DNA of 64,000 nucleotides from Anaerolineae bacterium (GTDB taxonomy: Bacteria; Chloroflexota; Anaerolineae; JAFGEY01): the NCBI GenBank assembly GCA_016783145.1, contig JADHXD010000004.1, positions 5,736 to 69,735 on the forward strand. The letters are read 5' to 3'. Shown here in pieces: positions 35,188-44,549 of the stretch. The notes under the pieces were generated by a model. That model had not been told where the DNA came from. It did not search any database and saw only the letters and a list, made by a program, of their open reading frames with translations. How positions within the stretch are numbered: the stretch's first letter is position 1; each line of letters starts with the position of its first letter. A program made the position numbers and the translations under genes.

Positions 35188-36489
35188 ATGCTCAACGCCG
35201 CCGAGATCGAAGCCTATCTACGCACTCGCAGCCTGCCCGCTATCCAGGCCCTCTTGCCACCGGGCGAATTCGTCATGCCCCACTATGATGGCCTGGGCAT
35301 TGCCAATCTGCCGGCAACGATCGCGGCCCTGCTTGGCTGCGAGCTACCTGGCGCATGTCCTCCACTGGAGCGCGGTCTGTGGGCGAGCTGGGGGGAAGGG
35401 CTCAAGCGCATCGTCTTGGTGATTGTGGACGCTCTAGGGTACCTGCAGCTCCAGGCTGCTATGGCAAGAGACGATGGGCTTGTCTTCCACCGGTTGGTCG
35501 AAGCGGGATCCTGGGTTCCACTCACGTCCACTTTTCCGTCAACGACGAACAATGTGCTGACGACCCTGTGGACAGGATACAGCCCGGCCGCACACGGCAT
35601 CCTGGCTTACGAACTGTACTTGCGCGAGCTGGCTGTCGCCGCCAGCACGCTCTTTTTCTGGCCAGTGTCCTATCGCAAGCGCGATGCCCTGGAAGAATGG
35701 GGCATCGAGCCGGATCGGTTTGTACCCGTGCCCGGCCTGGCGGAGCAGTTGGCCGCAGAGGGTGTGACCACACGCGCGTTCCTCAACAAGGCATACACCC
35801 ACTCGATCTTGTCCCGGATCCACAACCGGGGCGTGTCCGAGGTCAACGGGTTCATCTCCGGCGGAGATATGTGGCTTGGGCTGCAGCGCACGATTGAGCG
35901 GTACCTGCACGAGAAATTGCTGCTGGTGACCTACTGGGATACGATAGACGGCATCACACACCAGTATGGTCCGGGCGATCGGACGTGGACCCACGAGCTG
36001 CGCGGGCTCTCGTGGATGCTAGAGATGGGATTTCTCTCGCAGATCAAGCCAGATCAGAGGGAGGGCACGCTGCTGCTCATTACAGCGGATCACGGTGGGA
36101 TTGACACCCCACCTGCGTCCGCGATCCACCTGGACGACCATCCAGCCTTGCGCGACATGCTGTCTCTCCCGCCGGTGGGCGAGACCCGCGTTCCTTTCTT
36201 GCACACGCGAGGCGACACACTGGCACAGGCCCAAACCTATATGCGCACGCATCTGGCCGAATCATTCGCGATGCTGACCAGGAAACAGGTCATGGCAAGC
36301 GGCTTGCTGGGCCCTGGGCCAACGCACGCGGAAACGATCCACCGCCTGGGGGAGCTGGTCGGTCTGGCACGCAGAGATCGCTATCTGGCGCGTGAGGAGC
36401 GCCAGCTCAAGGTACTAGGACGGCATGGGGGGCTCTCGGCACACGAAATGCTGGTGCCCTTGATCGGCGTCCGCCTGGACGCGCTCTGA
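35188..36489 (+). CDS. Alkaline-phosphatase-superfamily protein (type I phosphodiesterase/nucleotide pyrophosphatase-like)
   Basis: ORF 35188..36489. VLVIVDALGY is the metal-ligand D. TSTFPSTTNNVLTTLWTGYSPAAHG carries the Thr nucleophile. ITADHGG and HGGLSAHEMLVPLI are also present. Confidence 0.85.
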   Translation: MLNAAEIEAYLRTRSLPAIQALLPPGEFVMPHYDGLGIANLPATIAALLGCELPGACPPLERGLWASWGEGLKRIVLVIVDALGYLQLQAAMARDDGLVFHRLVEAGSWVPLTSTFPSTTNNVLTTLWTGYSPAAHGILAYELYLRELAVAASTLFFWPVSYRKRDALEEWGIEPDRFVPVPGLAEQLAAEGVTTRAFLNKAYTHSILSRIHNRGVSEVNGFISGGDMWLGLQRTIERYLHEKLLLVTYWDTIDGITHQYGPGDRTWTHELRGLSWMLEMGFLSQIKPDQREGTLLLITADHGGIDTPPASAIHLDDHPALRDMLSLPPVGETRVPFLHTRGDTLAQAQTYMRTHLAESFAMLTRKQVMASGLLGPGPTHAETIHRLGELVGLARRDRYLAREERQLKVLGRHGGLSAHEMLVPLIGVRLDAL

Positions 36490-36496
36490 AGCAGAG

Positions 36497-36982
36497 ATGG
36501 ACGAGCCGCGCATCACACAGGTTCTCCGGGAGACTGATCCAGGGAGCGGCGAGCGGGTGTTGGTAGCGGTGATGAACAACCCGCGCGATCTCACGATCGC
36601 CCGAGAGTTGGGTTGGTACCGGATACCCGTCAATCGCGCACCGAAACGAGTGGGCGCCGACTATCTGGCATTCTACTTTACCGGGGCGTTTCCGGAAGGC
36701 GACCGGCACCGGGTCGTCTTTTACGCACCTGTCCGCGCGTACCGCTTGGCGACTCGCGCCGAACTGCTTCCCGCGGATTCCGGTCACCCGCGCGCACAGG
36801 AACGCTACTTCAAGGTCGAGATCGGTCCTTTGCAGCGGCTGGAGCATCCGATTCCCAGCCGCTCGCTGCGCCGGATCACCTTTATTCCGACGACGCTGCA
36901 GAGGCTGCTGGACGCCCAAGAGATCCAGGATCTGTGGGAAAGAGGTCGTCATCGCGACAAGCGATGGTCGGCCCGGTACTGA
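36497..36982 (+). CDS. Conserved-looking hypothetical protein (161 aa)
   Basis: ORF 36497..36982, 8 nt after the previous stop, with protein-like composition (VLVAVMNNPRDLTIARELGWYRIPV...RRITFIPTTLQRLLDAQEIQDLW). I recognised no family. Confidence 0.7.
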   Translation: MDEPRITQVLRETDPGSGERVLVAVMNNPRDLTIARELGWYRIPVNRAPKRVGADYLAFYFTGAFPEGDRHRVVFYAPVRAYRLATRAELLPADSGHPRAQERYFKVEIGPLQRLEHPIPSRSLRRITFIPTTLQRLLDAQEIQDLWERGRHRDKRWSARY

Positions 36983-37006
36983 AAGACGAGAGAGCAAAGA
37001 GGAACG

Positions 37007-37054
37007 GCCCTCTTGGGTGCCCGAAGGGCACGTGGCACGAGGGCTGTCTTGTTT
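37007..37054 (+). terminator. Intrinsic terminator-like structure before aspS
   Basis: The outer stem is GCCCTC (37007-37012) with GAGGGC (37039-37044). The inner stem is GTGCCC-GAAG-GGCAC. TGTCTTGTTT follows. Confidence 0.5.
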
Positions 37055-37088
37055 GAGGAGAAACTAGGCTTCTATGGAGGGGAGCAAT

Positions 37089-38849
37089 ATGCTCAAAACG
37101 CATCAGTGTGGCGAACTACGTCCCGAGCACATAGGACAGACCGTGACCCTGGCCGGATGGGTGAATCGCCGGCGAGATATGGGAGGCCTGATCTTTATCG
37201 ACCTACGCGATCGCGAGGGCGTGGTACAGGTTGTTTGTGACTCGGATCAGCAGCCCAAAGCGCACGCAGTCGCCGGCGAAACACGCATCGAGTATGTGAT
37301 CCGCCTGCAGGGCACCGTGCGCGCACGTCTGTTGGAGCAAGTCAATCCCAACCTTCCCACTGGAGAGATCGAAGTGGTCGCCGAAGAGGTGGAGGTGCTG
37401 AACCCGGCCAAGACGCCGCCTTTTTACATCAACCGGGAGACAGAGGTCAGCGAACTGCTGCGCCTGCAATATCGCTACCTCGATCTCCGCAGGCCGCGGA
37501 TGCAGCGCAACATCCGCTTGCGCCACGAAGTCACCCTGTTCATACGCAACTACCTCAATGACCGGGGCTTCCTGGAGATCGAGACGCCGATCCTGATCAA
37601 GAGCACGCCAGAGGGCGCGCGCGACTATGTTGTGCCCAGCCGCGTGCATCCGGGTCAGTTCTACGCCCTGCCCCAGTCTCCCCAGCAGCTCAAGCAGTTG
37701 CTGATGGTTTCCGGATTTGATAAATACTACCAGATCGCCCGCTGTTTTCGGGATGAAGACCTGCGCGCCGATCGCCAGCCCGAGTTCACTCAGCTCGACA
37801 TGGAATTGTCCTTTGTCGAACAAGAGGACATCCTGGACCTGATCGAGTCCCTGTTTACCGAGATGGTGCACGCCCTCATGCCCCACAGAGGGATGATCGA
37901 GCCCTTCCCGCGTATGACCTACGATCAAGCCATAGCGCGCTATGGCACAGACAAGCCCGACCTGCGGTTCGGGCTCGAGTTGGTCGACCTCAGCGACCTG
38001 GTTGCTCACTGCGCGTTCACGGTCTTTCACAGCGCGATCGCAGACGGAGGCCAGGTCAAGGCCATTGTGCTGCCCGGGTGCGCGGACTATAGTCGCAGGC
38101 AAGTCGAGGAGCTGGCGGCCTATGTCAAGACCTACGGCGCGAAGGGGCTGGCTACGATCGCACTGAGAGAGACAGAGATCAGGTCCCCAATCCTCAGGTT
38201 CTTTAGTGCAGAGGAGATGCAGGCATTGGTGGATCGCACCGGTGCCCATCCAGGTGACCTCATCGCCATTGTCGCCGACAAGGCCAAGATCGTTGCTTCC
38301 GCTCTGGGAGCGCTCCGCTCCGAGATGGGTCGCCGTCTCGACCTGGCCCCACCGGACATGCTCGCTTTTGCGTGGGTGGTTGACTTTCCACTGCTCGAGT
38401 GGGATGAGGACGCCGGTCGATGGGATGCGGTACACCACCCCTTTACCATGCCCAAGGCCGGCCACATCGAACTGCTCGATACCGACCCAGGAGCCGTGCG
38501 TGCGGACTGCTATGACATCGTCTGCAACGGGTACGAGTTGGGCAGCGGCAGCATCCGTATCCATCGGCGCGACATCCAGGAAAAAGTGTTCGCCCTGCTC
38601 AACTACTCGCCAGAAGAGTCCATCCGCCGGTTCGGGCACATGCTCAACGCCTTCGAGTACGGCACGCCGCCGCACGGAGGCATCGCTCCCGGCATCGACC
38701 GGCTGGTGATGCTCTTGGCCAACGAGCCGAACATCAAAGAGGTCATCGCCTTCCCCAAGACCGCCAGTGCGACCGATCCGATGACCGATGCGCCGTCCGA
38801 GATCGACCAGACGCAGCTAGACGAACTCCACTTGCGAGTGATAGAGTGA
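37089..38849 (+). CDS. aspS: Aspartyl-tRNA synthetase
   Basis: ORF 37074..38849. ATG 37089 follows [53 protein letters not shown]. Class II motifs are [18 protein letters not shown] and [12 protein letters not shown]. Confidence 0.95.
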   Translation: MLKTHQCGELRPEHIGQTVTLAGWVNRRRDMGGLIFIDLRDREGVVQVVCDSDQQPKAHAVAGETRIEYVIRLQGTVRARLLEQVNPNLPTGEIEVVAEEVEVLNPAKTPPFYINRETEVSELLRLQYRYLDLRRPRMQRNIRLRHEVTLFIRNYLNDRGFLEIETPILIKSTPEGARDYVVPSRVHPGQFYALPQSPQQLKQLLMVSGFDKYYQIARCFRDEDLRADRQPEFTQLDMELSFVEQEDILDLIESLFTEMVHALMPHRGMIEPFPRMTYDQAIARYGTDKPDLRFGLELVDLSDLVAHCAFTVFHSAIADGGQVKAIVLPGCADYSRRQVEELAAYVKTYGAKGLATIALRETEIRSPILRFFSAEEMQALVDRTGAHPGDLIAIVADKAKIVASALGALRSEMGRRLDLAPPDMLAFAWVVDFPLLEWDEDAGRWDAVHHPFTMPKAGHIELLDTDPGAVRADCYDIVCNGYELGSGSIRIHRRDIQEKVFALLNYSPEESIRRFGHMLNAFEYGTPPHGGIAPGIDRLVMLLANEPNIKEVIAFPKTASATDPMTDAPSEIDQTQLDELHLRVIE

Positions 38850-41140
38850 ACCCACTCCGCTCCCGGTGGGCATTGAACGGCCCCTGGAGGCTCAAGGACG
38901 AGCCAGATCTCACAAACTCCTCCTCGCCCTACATCGTTCCTGATTTTGACGACAGCGACTGGCGCGAGGTCCCTCCGGCGACTCACCTCCAGCCCTGGCT
39001 GTACCCCGACAATCCCTACTGGGGTGCCAAGGTACGGGCAGTGAACGACTCTGCGTGGTGGTATCGCACCCGCTTTGCATGCCCAGACGAGACGTACGGG
39101 CAGCGCGTGCGCCTGGTCTTTGAGGCCGTCGATTACTATGCCGAGGTGTGGTGCAACGGCCAGTACCTCGGCGAGCACGAAGGCAATTTCGCACCCTTTT
39201 CGTTCGACCTGACCGGGCTGGCCCAGCCCGAGAACGTGCTCGTGGTCAAGGTCACAGCTCCGTGGGATCCCATCCGCCGCCGAGGGCTGACGTATGTCGA
39301 TCAGGTGTACCGGGGTATGGTCAAGGGGCTGTATGCCCACAACGACGGCCTGATCCCGCCCGACGTCAATCCCATCGGCATCTGGCGCCCGGTGTGGCTG
39401 GAAGCGCACGCCGACGTGTCCATCGAGCGCATCCCGTTCAGGGTCATCGAAGACGAATACGACCATTCAGCGCAGATCACGCTGCGTATCCACGTGCACA
39501 ACAGGCGCTCCGACAGCGTTTCGGGCGTGCTTCACATCCGTCTGGCCGGCGAGACGTTCGGAGGAGTGCGGGCTGACGACAACTACCTGATCGAGGTGCC
39601 GCCGGGGAAGCACACGATCGAGCAACAGGTGCGCATCCCCGACCCGCACTGGTGGTGGCCGTGGGATATGGGCCGCCCCGACCTCTACCGGCTGCGCTGC
39701 ACGATATACGACGATGACGGTCGCAAGCTCGACGTGGATGAGCAGGTGATGGGCATCCGCCAGGTGCGACTGCTGCGCAGCCGCGAGACCATGCACTACC
39801 AGGTGAACAAGGTGCCCATTTTCGTGCGGGGCACGGTCTACATGGGAGGGCTGTATCTATCGCAGCTAACCTCTGAACAGATAGAAGCCGATCTGGACCG
39901 CGTTCAGCAGTGCGGCCTCAATCTGATCCGCCTGCACGTTCACGTCGCTCCCCCCGAGCTGTACGCCGCGTGTGACCGGCGCGGCATCCTCATCTGGCAG
40001 GACTTTGAGCTGAACTGGGTTCACGATCCTACGCCCGAGTTCGAGGAGAGAGCCGTTCGCCTCCTGCACGAGATGATCGAACTCCTGGAGAACCACGCTT
40101 CGGTCATCACTTGGTGTTGCCACAACGAGCCGACCGCGCTCCCTTTCCAGGATCGGAATCTCACACAGCATCCCGACCGGAGGCTGTATCGCGAGGCGAC
40201 AGACGCCGATCCCTCACGGCCCGTGTTTCTTTGTTCAGGGAAGCAAGAGGAGGACTGGAGGCACAGCGGGGATGCGCACGCTTACATCGGCGGCGGGCAC
40301 GGCGGGCACTACCTCGACGTGTACGGAGAACAGAGGAGGCTGGTCACCGAGTTTGGTTGCGAGGCTCCGCCAGACCCGATCACGCTGGACGAGCTTCCTC
40401 TGTTGGCCAGGCGGTTAGCACACGTCCGCGAGCACATCCCAGAGCTGCAGAGGTATCAGGCAGCCCTCATCAAGTACCAGGTCGAATGGTATCGACTGAC
40501 TCGCTTCAAGCCCTGCGGCGGATATATCCAGTTTATGCTGGTAGACCTTTGCCCTCAGGTCGGGTGCGGGGTGCTCGACGCCAAGCGGAGGCCGCGGAGC
40601 GCCCTCCAGGCCCTCCAGTCGGCCTCGCAGCCCGTACACGTGATGCTCGAGTACACGGCAGCCGGGCCAGTAGCGGTGTGGGTAGTGAACGACCTAATCA
40701 GACCCCTGCTCCACTGCCTGGTAGAGTGGCAGGTGTTGGACCAACAGGGCAGTATCGTCACGCGCGGCTCTGCCCAGGAGGACATCCCCGCACAGCGTGC
40801 CCATCGAGTGACCCTGCTTACCTGGCAGGTTGACCAAAAGGCATCCTACACGGTGCTGCTCCGTCTCAGTCACAGAGACCAGATTCTCGACGAGAACCGC
40901 TACGATGACCTCTTTCACCTTCCCCCGCGCCCCCGAAACTACCCGTGGCGTTTCGATCCCCTGCTTGGGATGCGATGCTATGGCGGTCCTCACGCCAGGA
41001 GCTCACTCCGCGTGTTCAACACCTGGTACGGCACATTGGCGACCTGGCTGTTCCCGGTGTATGAGTGGGCAGAACGCATGCTAAAGGAGGGCAGATCTCA
41101 CGCCAAGCTGGACGCCTGGCTGAGACGGCTCTTTGGGTAG
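38846..41140 (+). CDS. Glycoside hydrolase family 2 (beta-mannosidase/beta-galactosidase-like)
   Basis: ORF 38846..41140. The GTG start overlaps the aspS stop as [11 protein letters not shown]...[50 protein letters not shown] is the acid/base region, and VTEFGCEA is the nucleophile region. Confidence 0.85.
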   Translation: MNPLRSRWALNGPWRLKDEPDLTNSSSPYIVPDFDDSDWREVPPATHLQPWLYPDNPYWGAKVRAVNDSAWWYRTRFACPDETYGQRVRLVFEAVDYYAEVWCNGQYLGEHEGNFAPFSFDLTGLAQPENVLVVKVTAPWDPIRRRGLTYVDQVYRGMVKGLYAHNDGLIPPDVNPIGIWRPVWLEAHADVSIERIPFRVIEDEYDHSAQITLRIHVHNRRSDSVSGVLHIRLAGETFGGVRADDNYLIEVPPGKHTIEQQVRIPDPHWWWPWDMGRPDLYRLRCTIYDDDGRKLDVDEQVMGIRQVRLLRSRETMHYQVNKVPIFVRGTVYMGGLYLSQLTSEQIEADLDRVQQCGLNLIRLHVHVAPPELYAACDRRGILIWQDFELNWVHDPTPEFEERAVRLLHEMIELLENHASVITWCCHNEPTALPFQDRNLTQHPDRRLYREATDADPSRPVFLCSGKQEEDWRHSGDAHAYIGGGHGGHYLDVYGEQRRLVTEFGCEAPPDPITLDELPLLARRLAHVREHIPELQRYQAALIKYQVEWYRLTRFKPCGGYIQFMLVDLCPQVGCGVLDAKRRPRSALQALQSASQPVHVMLEYTAAGPVAVWVVNDLIRPLLHCLVEWQVLDQQGSIVTRGSAQEDIPAQRAHRVTLLTWQVDQKASYTVLLRLSHRDQILDENRYDDLFHLPPRPRNYPWRFDPLLGMRCYGGPHARSSLRVFNTWYGTLATWLFPVYEWAERMLKEGRSHAKLDAWLRRLFG

Positions 41141-41159
41141 AGAGAAGGCCCTGCGTCCT

Positions 41160-41195
41160 CCCCGTCGAGCTCAGCACGGGGCGAGCTCGATGGGG
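41160..41195. terminator. Hairpin between convergent genes. No U-tract.
   Basis: CCCCGTCGAGCTC (41160-41172) pairs with GAGCTCGATGGGG (41183-41195). This gives 13 bp including one G-T pair. Confidence 0.35.
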
Positions 41196-41208
41196 AGCTG
41201 GGGTCTAC

Positions 41209-41970
41209 TCAGTTGCCCTCGTCTGTGTAGTTACTCAGCCTGAAATTGTCAAAGTTGATGTTGTGGTAATTCATCTCGTACGAGGTGATGACCACGCCGA
41301 CCCTGCGAGCACCAAAGTAGTGCGAGTCGGTATAGTCCTCACCGAGGTCCCTTATCCGGCCCCCGTTGATGTACAGCTTGATCTTGTTCCCTACCCGGAT
41401 CACCTCAAGATGGTTCCACCCATCCTCATTGCGTACGAACCCAGGCGAACCTATCCACCAGTCTCGATCGATGGATTCGGTCCTAAAGCCCTTGATGCGA
41501 AAGATCCCCCAGAAATGCTGTTCCGGGTTGTACGCAAGCATGAACGTATAGTACTCGGTGAAATCGCTGTTTCCGCCGAACACGAGCCCCAGGCCATCCC
41601 AGCTCTGCTTGTGATGGTACTCGTACTGCGCATCGACCTCTAGCCGATAGTCCCCGTCTGTCAACCAGGGCGGCGAGGCGACCATACGCACCGCGTTGTC
41701 TCGGATCTCACCCCGGAGCTTCCCGTCAATGTACCGGAACGTGCCATCTTTCTGCTCAGGTTGCCGTGCCAGGTTAAAGATATCCCACTCGGGGTCCAGG
41801 TCGGTGAAATCGTCAAATCCTTCCCTTTGGATCCACGCGAAAAACGGCAAGTAAACTTTGTGCTCACTGTCTGTTGCGCGGACCGTCTGGCTCGGCATGG
41901 GCCGGAGCAACAGCACCAGCGAGATCGCCAAGGCGCTCAGCGCAAACAGATACACCCATCTCTTTTTCAA
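41209..41970 (-). CDS. Secreted LamG/DUF1080-like (concanavalin-fold) protein
   Basis: ORF 41209..41970. The signal peptide is MKKRWVYLFALSALAISLVLLL. After the VYLPFF motif comes a domain collinear with the C-terminus of the 15588-17624 protein (WNHLEVIRVGNKIKLYINGG vs WNKFTMVRYGSTFKFYMNDH). Confidence 0.8.
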   Translation of the reverse strand: MKKRWVYLFALSALAISLVLLLRPMPSQTVRATDSEHKVYLPFFAWIQREGFDDFTDLDPEWDIFNLARQPEQKDGTFRYIDGKLRGEIRDNAVRMVASPPWLTDGDYRLEVDAQYEYHHKQSWDGLGLVFGGNSDFTEYYTFMLAYNPEQHFWGIFRIKGFRTESIDRDWWIGSPGFVRNEDGWNHLEVIRVGNKIKLYINGGRIRDLGEDYTDSHYFGARRVGVVITSYEMNYHNINFDNFRLSNYTDEGN

Positions 41971-42003
41971 ATTCCATCCCTCCTAATCGTTTAATCGTTT
42001 TGG

Positions 42004-44430
42004 CTATTGCCCTTCGACTGCCACGTTGGCAAGCAACAGGTGATCTGCAGCCGCCTGCCCCAGCTCATCCACCACCGCCAGGCGCTCTCCCGTGGCCGGA
42101 TCGTACAACCCGATCTCGACGGTGTAACGGCCCGCTGGCGACTGTGGATGCAGCGAGATCGCATACTCGTCCACGATGACCTCATCCGTCCGCCACGTCG
42201 AGGTCGGACGCGTCCCGTTTGCCGGCTCGTTGTCCTGCTGCCCCCACAGAAAGCTGCCACTCTCTGCGTTGAACACCGGTCCCAAAACGTGCGTGAAGAC
42301 CTTGTAGCGGCGCTCAACCGGCTGTAGGGCCTGCCAGTAGAGCGTGAGATGGAGCACGCCGCCCGGTTCGAGGGTCTCCGTCCCGGCATCGTATCCCAGC
42401 AAGCGTATCCCATCGCCAAAGTCAGCCCGCACAGGATGAGCGATGTGGATGTCCGTCGCGCTAAGCGCGCCATACCCTGACTCTCTCACCAAGACACGCC
42501 CAAAGCGGAACATCTCGCCGTGCGGCAGAGAGCGAACGGCAAACGCATACGTCCCACCCGGCGCGTCAGGAGGGATCGCCAGGTCTACCTGCTGGCGGCA
42601 GAACACCTCACCCCCACACCCCTGCGAACCGGCGTTTCCGCCGGAAGGATCGCCCGGCAGGGCCATCTCCACGCGCTTCCAGGCCTGCCCAGAGCGGTCA
42701 AGCAGGCTGACCTCTACCCCTGCGGATGCCCTCTCATCGTCGCTTTCTGCCCGCCAGTACAGGAACAGATGGATCGTATCCCCGCTCCGGTACGCGCTCA
42801 CTGGCTGATCGTAACCAGAGAGCCGCAGCGCACGGTCCAGCTCGATCGATAGAGCGCGAGAGGGCCTGGCACCCGCCGACGGCAAGTGAGCGGTCAGGGC
42901 CCGCTGCTCAGTTCGGGCATAGAAGCGCAGGACCTTGTCCGCAGACCGATGCTCGACGACCTGGCCTGCCCGCTCTGACAGCCAGGCCACGATCTCTCCT
43001 TGAGGATCGTTCGCGGCAGCGTACGGAGTGACGACCAGCCAGATGCCCTCGTACTCACTCCATATCGGAGTCAGGTAGGAAGCCGCGTAGGCAGACGTCA
43101 CCGGCTGCGCATGGGGCACACCCCACCAGCGTCCTGGATGGTAGTAGGCAAAGACGGGCCAGTCCTTGTCGGTGTAGAGGATGACCGCATCCCCCGGTCG
43201 TTGGTAAGCATCCAGGGTCGTCGCCAGCGACCGATAGTCATCACGCATCACGCGACCGGGATAGTACGCCCCCAGGCCATAGCAGGCGACGCCGACGACG
43301 ATGGCGGTCAAGGCCACGCCCGCCATCCACAGACGCCCCCTTGCCAACACGCTCACGCCCCAAGCGCACAGCACGTGGAACGCCGGCGCAAAGATGAGCA
43401 GGTATCGAGGCGCCAACTGCGGCGCATAAAAGAACGCCTCTCGAGGCAGAGAGACCACGTAGACCACGCCCGCTGGCAGCAGCAGCCCCAGGAGGAGCAT
43501 TCCCACGTTCCGTCCGGCGCGCCAATCCCGCCGCGCCCTCCAGAATAGAGCCCCCAATCCCGCCAAGAAGATGCCGAGCACCGGCAGGGTCAGCCAGCGA
43601 TAGGCTTCCACGTTTACCGAGATCCCGGTGGTCAGCACGGTCCAGTAGATCTCGAGGAACACACCCGGTGCAACCGGCGAAGCAGAAGACCAGGTCGGGA
43701 TCCGCCCCAGCGCATAGCCCAGCCAGGGAGCGAACAACGCCAGCACAGCCACCTGCGCACCGCCCCACTGAGCCAGTGCCCGCATCCGCTTCTGGGAACG
43801 CCACAAGACCCACAGCCAGGCCAAGTTGACCACGACCAGCACCGAGACATACAAGTAGAGCGTGTACAGCCCGGCAGCGGTGAACACCACATACAGGGCA
43901 CCGTCGGCCAGACGCCCCCGATCCCAGAAACGAATGGCCGCCCAGAAGGAAAAGACTGCCAGCAAGGCAGCCAGGGCGTACATCCGCATCTCTTGCGACC
44001 ACCAGACATCAAAGCGAGAGAGACCCATCAGCAGCGCGGTCAGCGTGCCCACCCCTCGTCCCCCCACCTCCCGACCGAGGCCGTAGGTTCCCGCTATCGT
44101 CAACACGCCAATGACCACCGACAGAAAGCGCAAGCCGAACTCGCTGTCCCCGCTTGCCAGCCGCCAAAAGTGCAACATCCAGAAATAGAGAGGAGGATGC
44201 ACGTCGGCCGCGGTCCAGCGAGCGATCTCGGGGAGCGACTGGCGAGCGGCCCAGGCAGCAAGCCCTTCATCCCACCACACGTTCTTGTCCGCAAGGCGAG
44301 CCACGCGGAGCCCCAAGCTGACCAGCAGGGTAACGATCAACAGCACCGACACGGCCTGCGGCAGCCGGGACCACTGGCAAACTCGAGCCCGTAGAGATCC
44401 TGGATAACTTGCGGACACTCTCCCACCCAT
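42004..44430 (-). CDS. GT-C fold glycosyltransferase (GT39/ArnT-like) with a repeated C-terminal extracytoplasmic domain
   Basis: ORF 42004..44430. VWWDEGLAAWAARQ...DVHPPLYFWMLHFW. It has many TM segments. The C-terminal repeats are LRLSGYDQPVSAYRSGDTIHLFLYWRA and IRLLGYDAGTETLEPGGVLHLTLYWQA. Confidence 0.85.
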   Translation of the reverse strand: MGGRVSASYPGSLRARVCQWSRLPQAVSVLLIVTLLVSLGLRVARLADKNVWWDEGLAAWAARQSLPEIARWTAADVHPPLYFWMLHFWRLASGDSEFGLRFLSVVIGVLTIAGTYGLGREVGGRGVGTLTALLMGLSRFDVWWSQEMRMYALAALLAVFSFWAAIRFWDRGRLADGALYVVFTAAGLYTLYLYVSVLVVVNLAWLWVLWRSQKRMRALAQWGGAQVAVLALFAPWLGYALGRIPTWSSASPVAPGVFLEIYWTVLTTGISVNVEAYRWLTLPVLGIFLAGLGALFWRARRDWRAGRNVGMLLLGLLLPAGVVYVVSLPREAFFYAPQLAPRYLLIFAPAFHVLCAWGVSVLARGRLWMAGVALTAIVVGVACYGLGAYYPGRVMRDDYRSLATTLDAYQRPGDAVILYTDKDWPVFAYYHPGRWWGVPHAQPVTSAYAASYLTPIWSEYEGIWLVVTPYAAANDPQGEIVAWLSERAGQVVEHRSADKVLRFYARTEQRALTAHLPSAGARPSRALSIELDRALRLSGYDQPVSAYRSGDTIHLFLYWRAESDDERASAGVEVSLLDRSGQAWKRVEMALPGDPSGGNAGSQGCGGEVFCRQQVDLAIPPDAPGGTYAFAVRSLPHGEMFRFGRVLVRESGYGALSATDIHIAHPVRADFGDGIRLLGYDAGTETLEPGGVLHLTLYWQALQPVERRYKVFTHVLGPVFNAESGSFLWGQQDNEPANGTRPTSTWRTDEVIVDEYAISLHPQSPAGRYTVEIGLYDPATGERLAVVDELGQAAADHLLLANVAVEGQ

Positions 44431-44508
44431 AAAGCCCGTGGATCGCTCTAGCAGAGGAGGCTGCTCGCTGCGTATCTATCCTCCTGCGTTCCCCTGGCTA
44501 GACATGCT

Positions 44509-44537
44509 AGTATATCATACCTGAAAAGGGAGAGCAA
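44509..44537 (-). promoter_or_regulatory. Candidate promoter for the GT39-like gene
   Basis: The minus strand reads TTGCTC, 17 nt, then TGaTATACT. It sits about 80 nt upstream of ATG 44430. Confidence 0.45.
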
Positions 44538-44549
44538 CTTGCCGCGCTG

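Noticed and set aside
35188-36489. PglZ/BREX-type defence component
   Set aside because: It has an alkaline-phosphatase-fold with a Thr nucleophile. No BREX partners (PglX methyltransferase, BrxC ATPase, BrxL and others) are anywhere nearby. The context is housekeeping.
36983-37088. T-box or other riboswitch leader upstream of aspS (and similarly upstream of gltX)
   Set aside because: The intergenic regions are only about 105 nt and 30 nt of leader. That is too short for a T-box, and I saw no specifier or T-box sequence. The structure at 37007-37054 is better explained as a terminator.
37203-38675. 490-aa minus-strand ORF
   Set aside because: It lies entirely antisense to aspS, which has unambiguous class II synthetase motifs. 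Its composition is Arg/His/Gly/Val-rich, typical of high-GC shadow frames.
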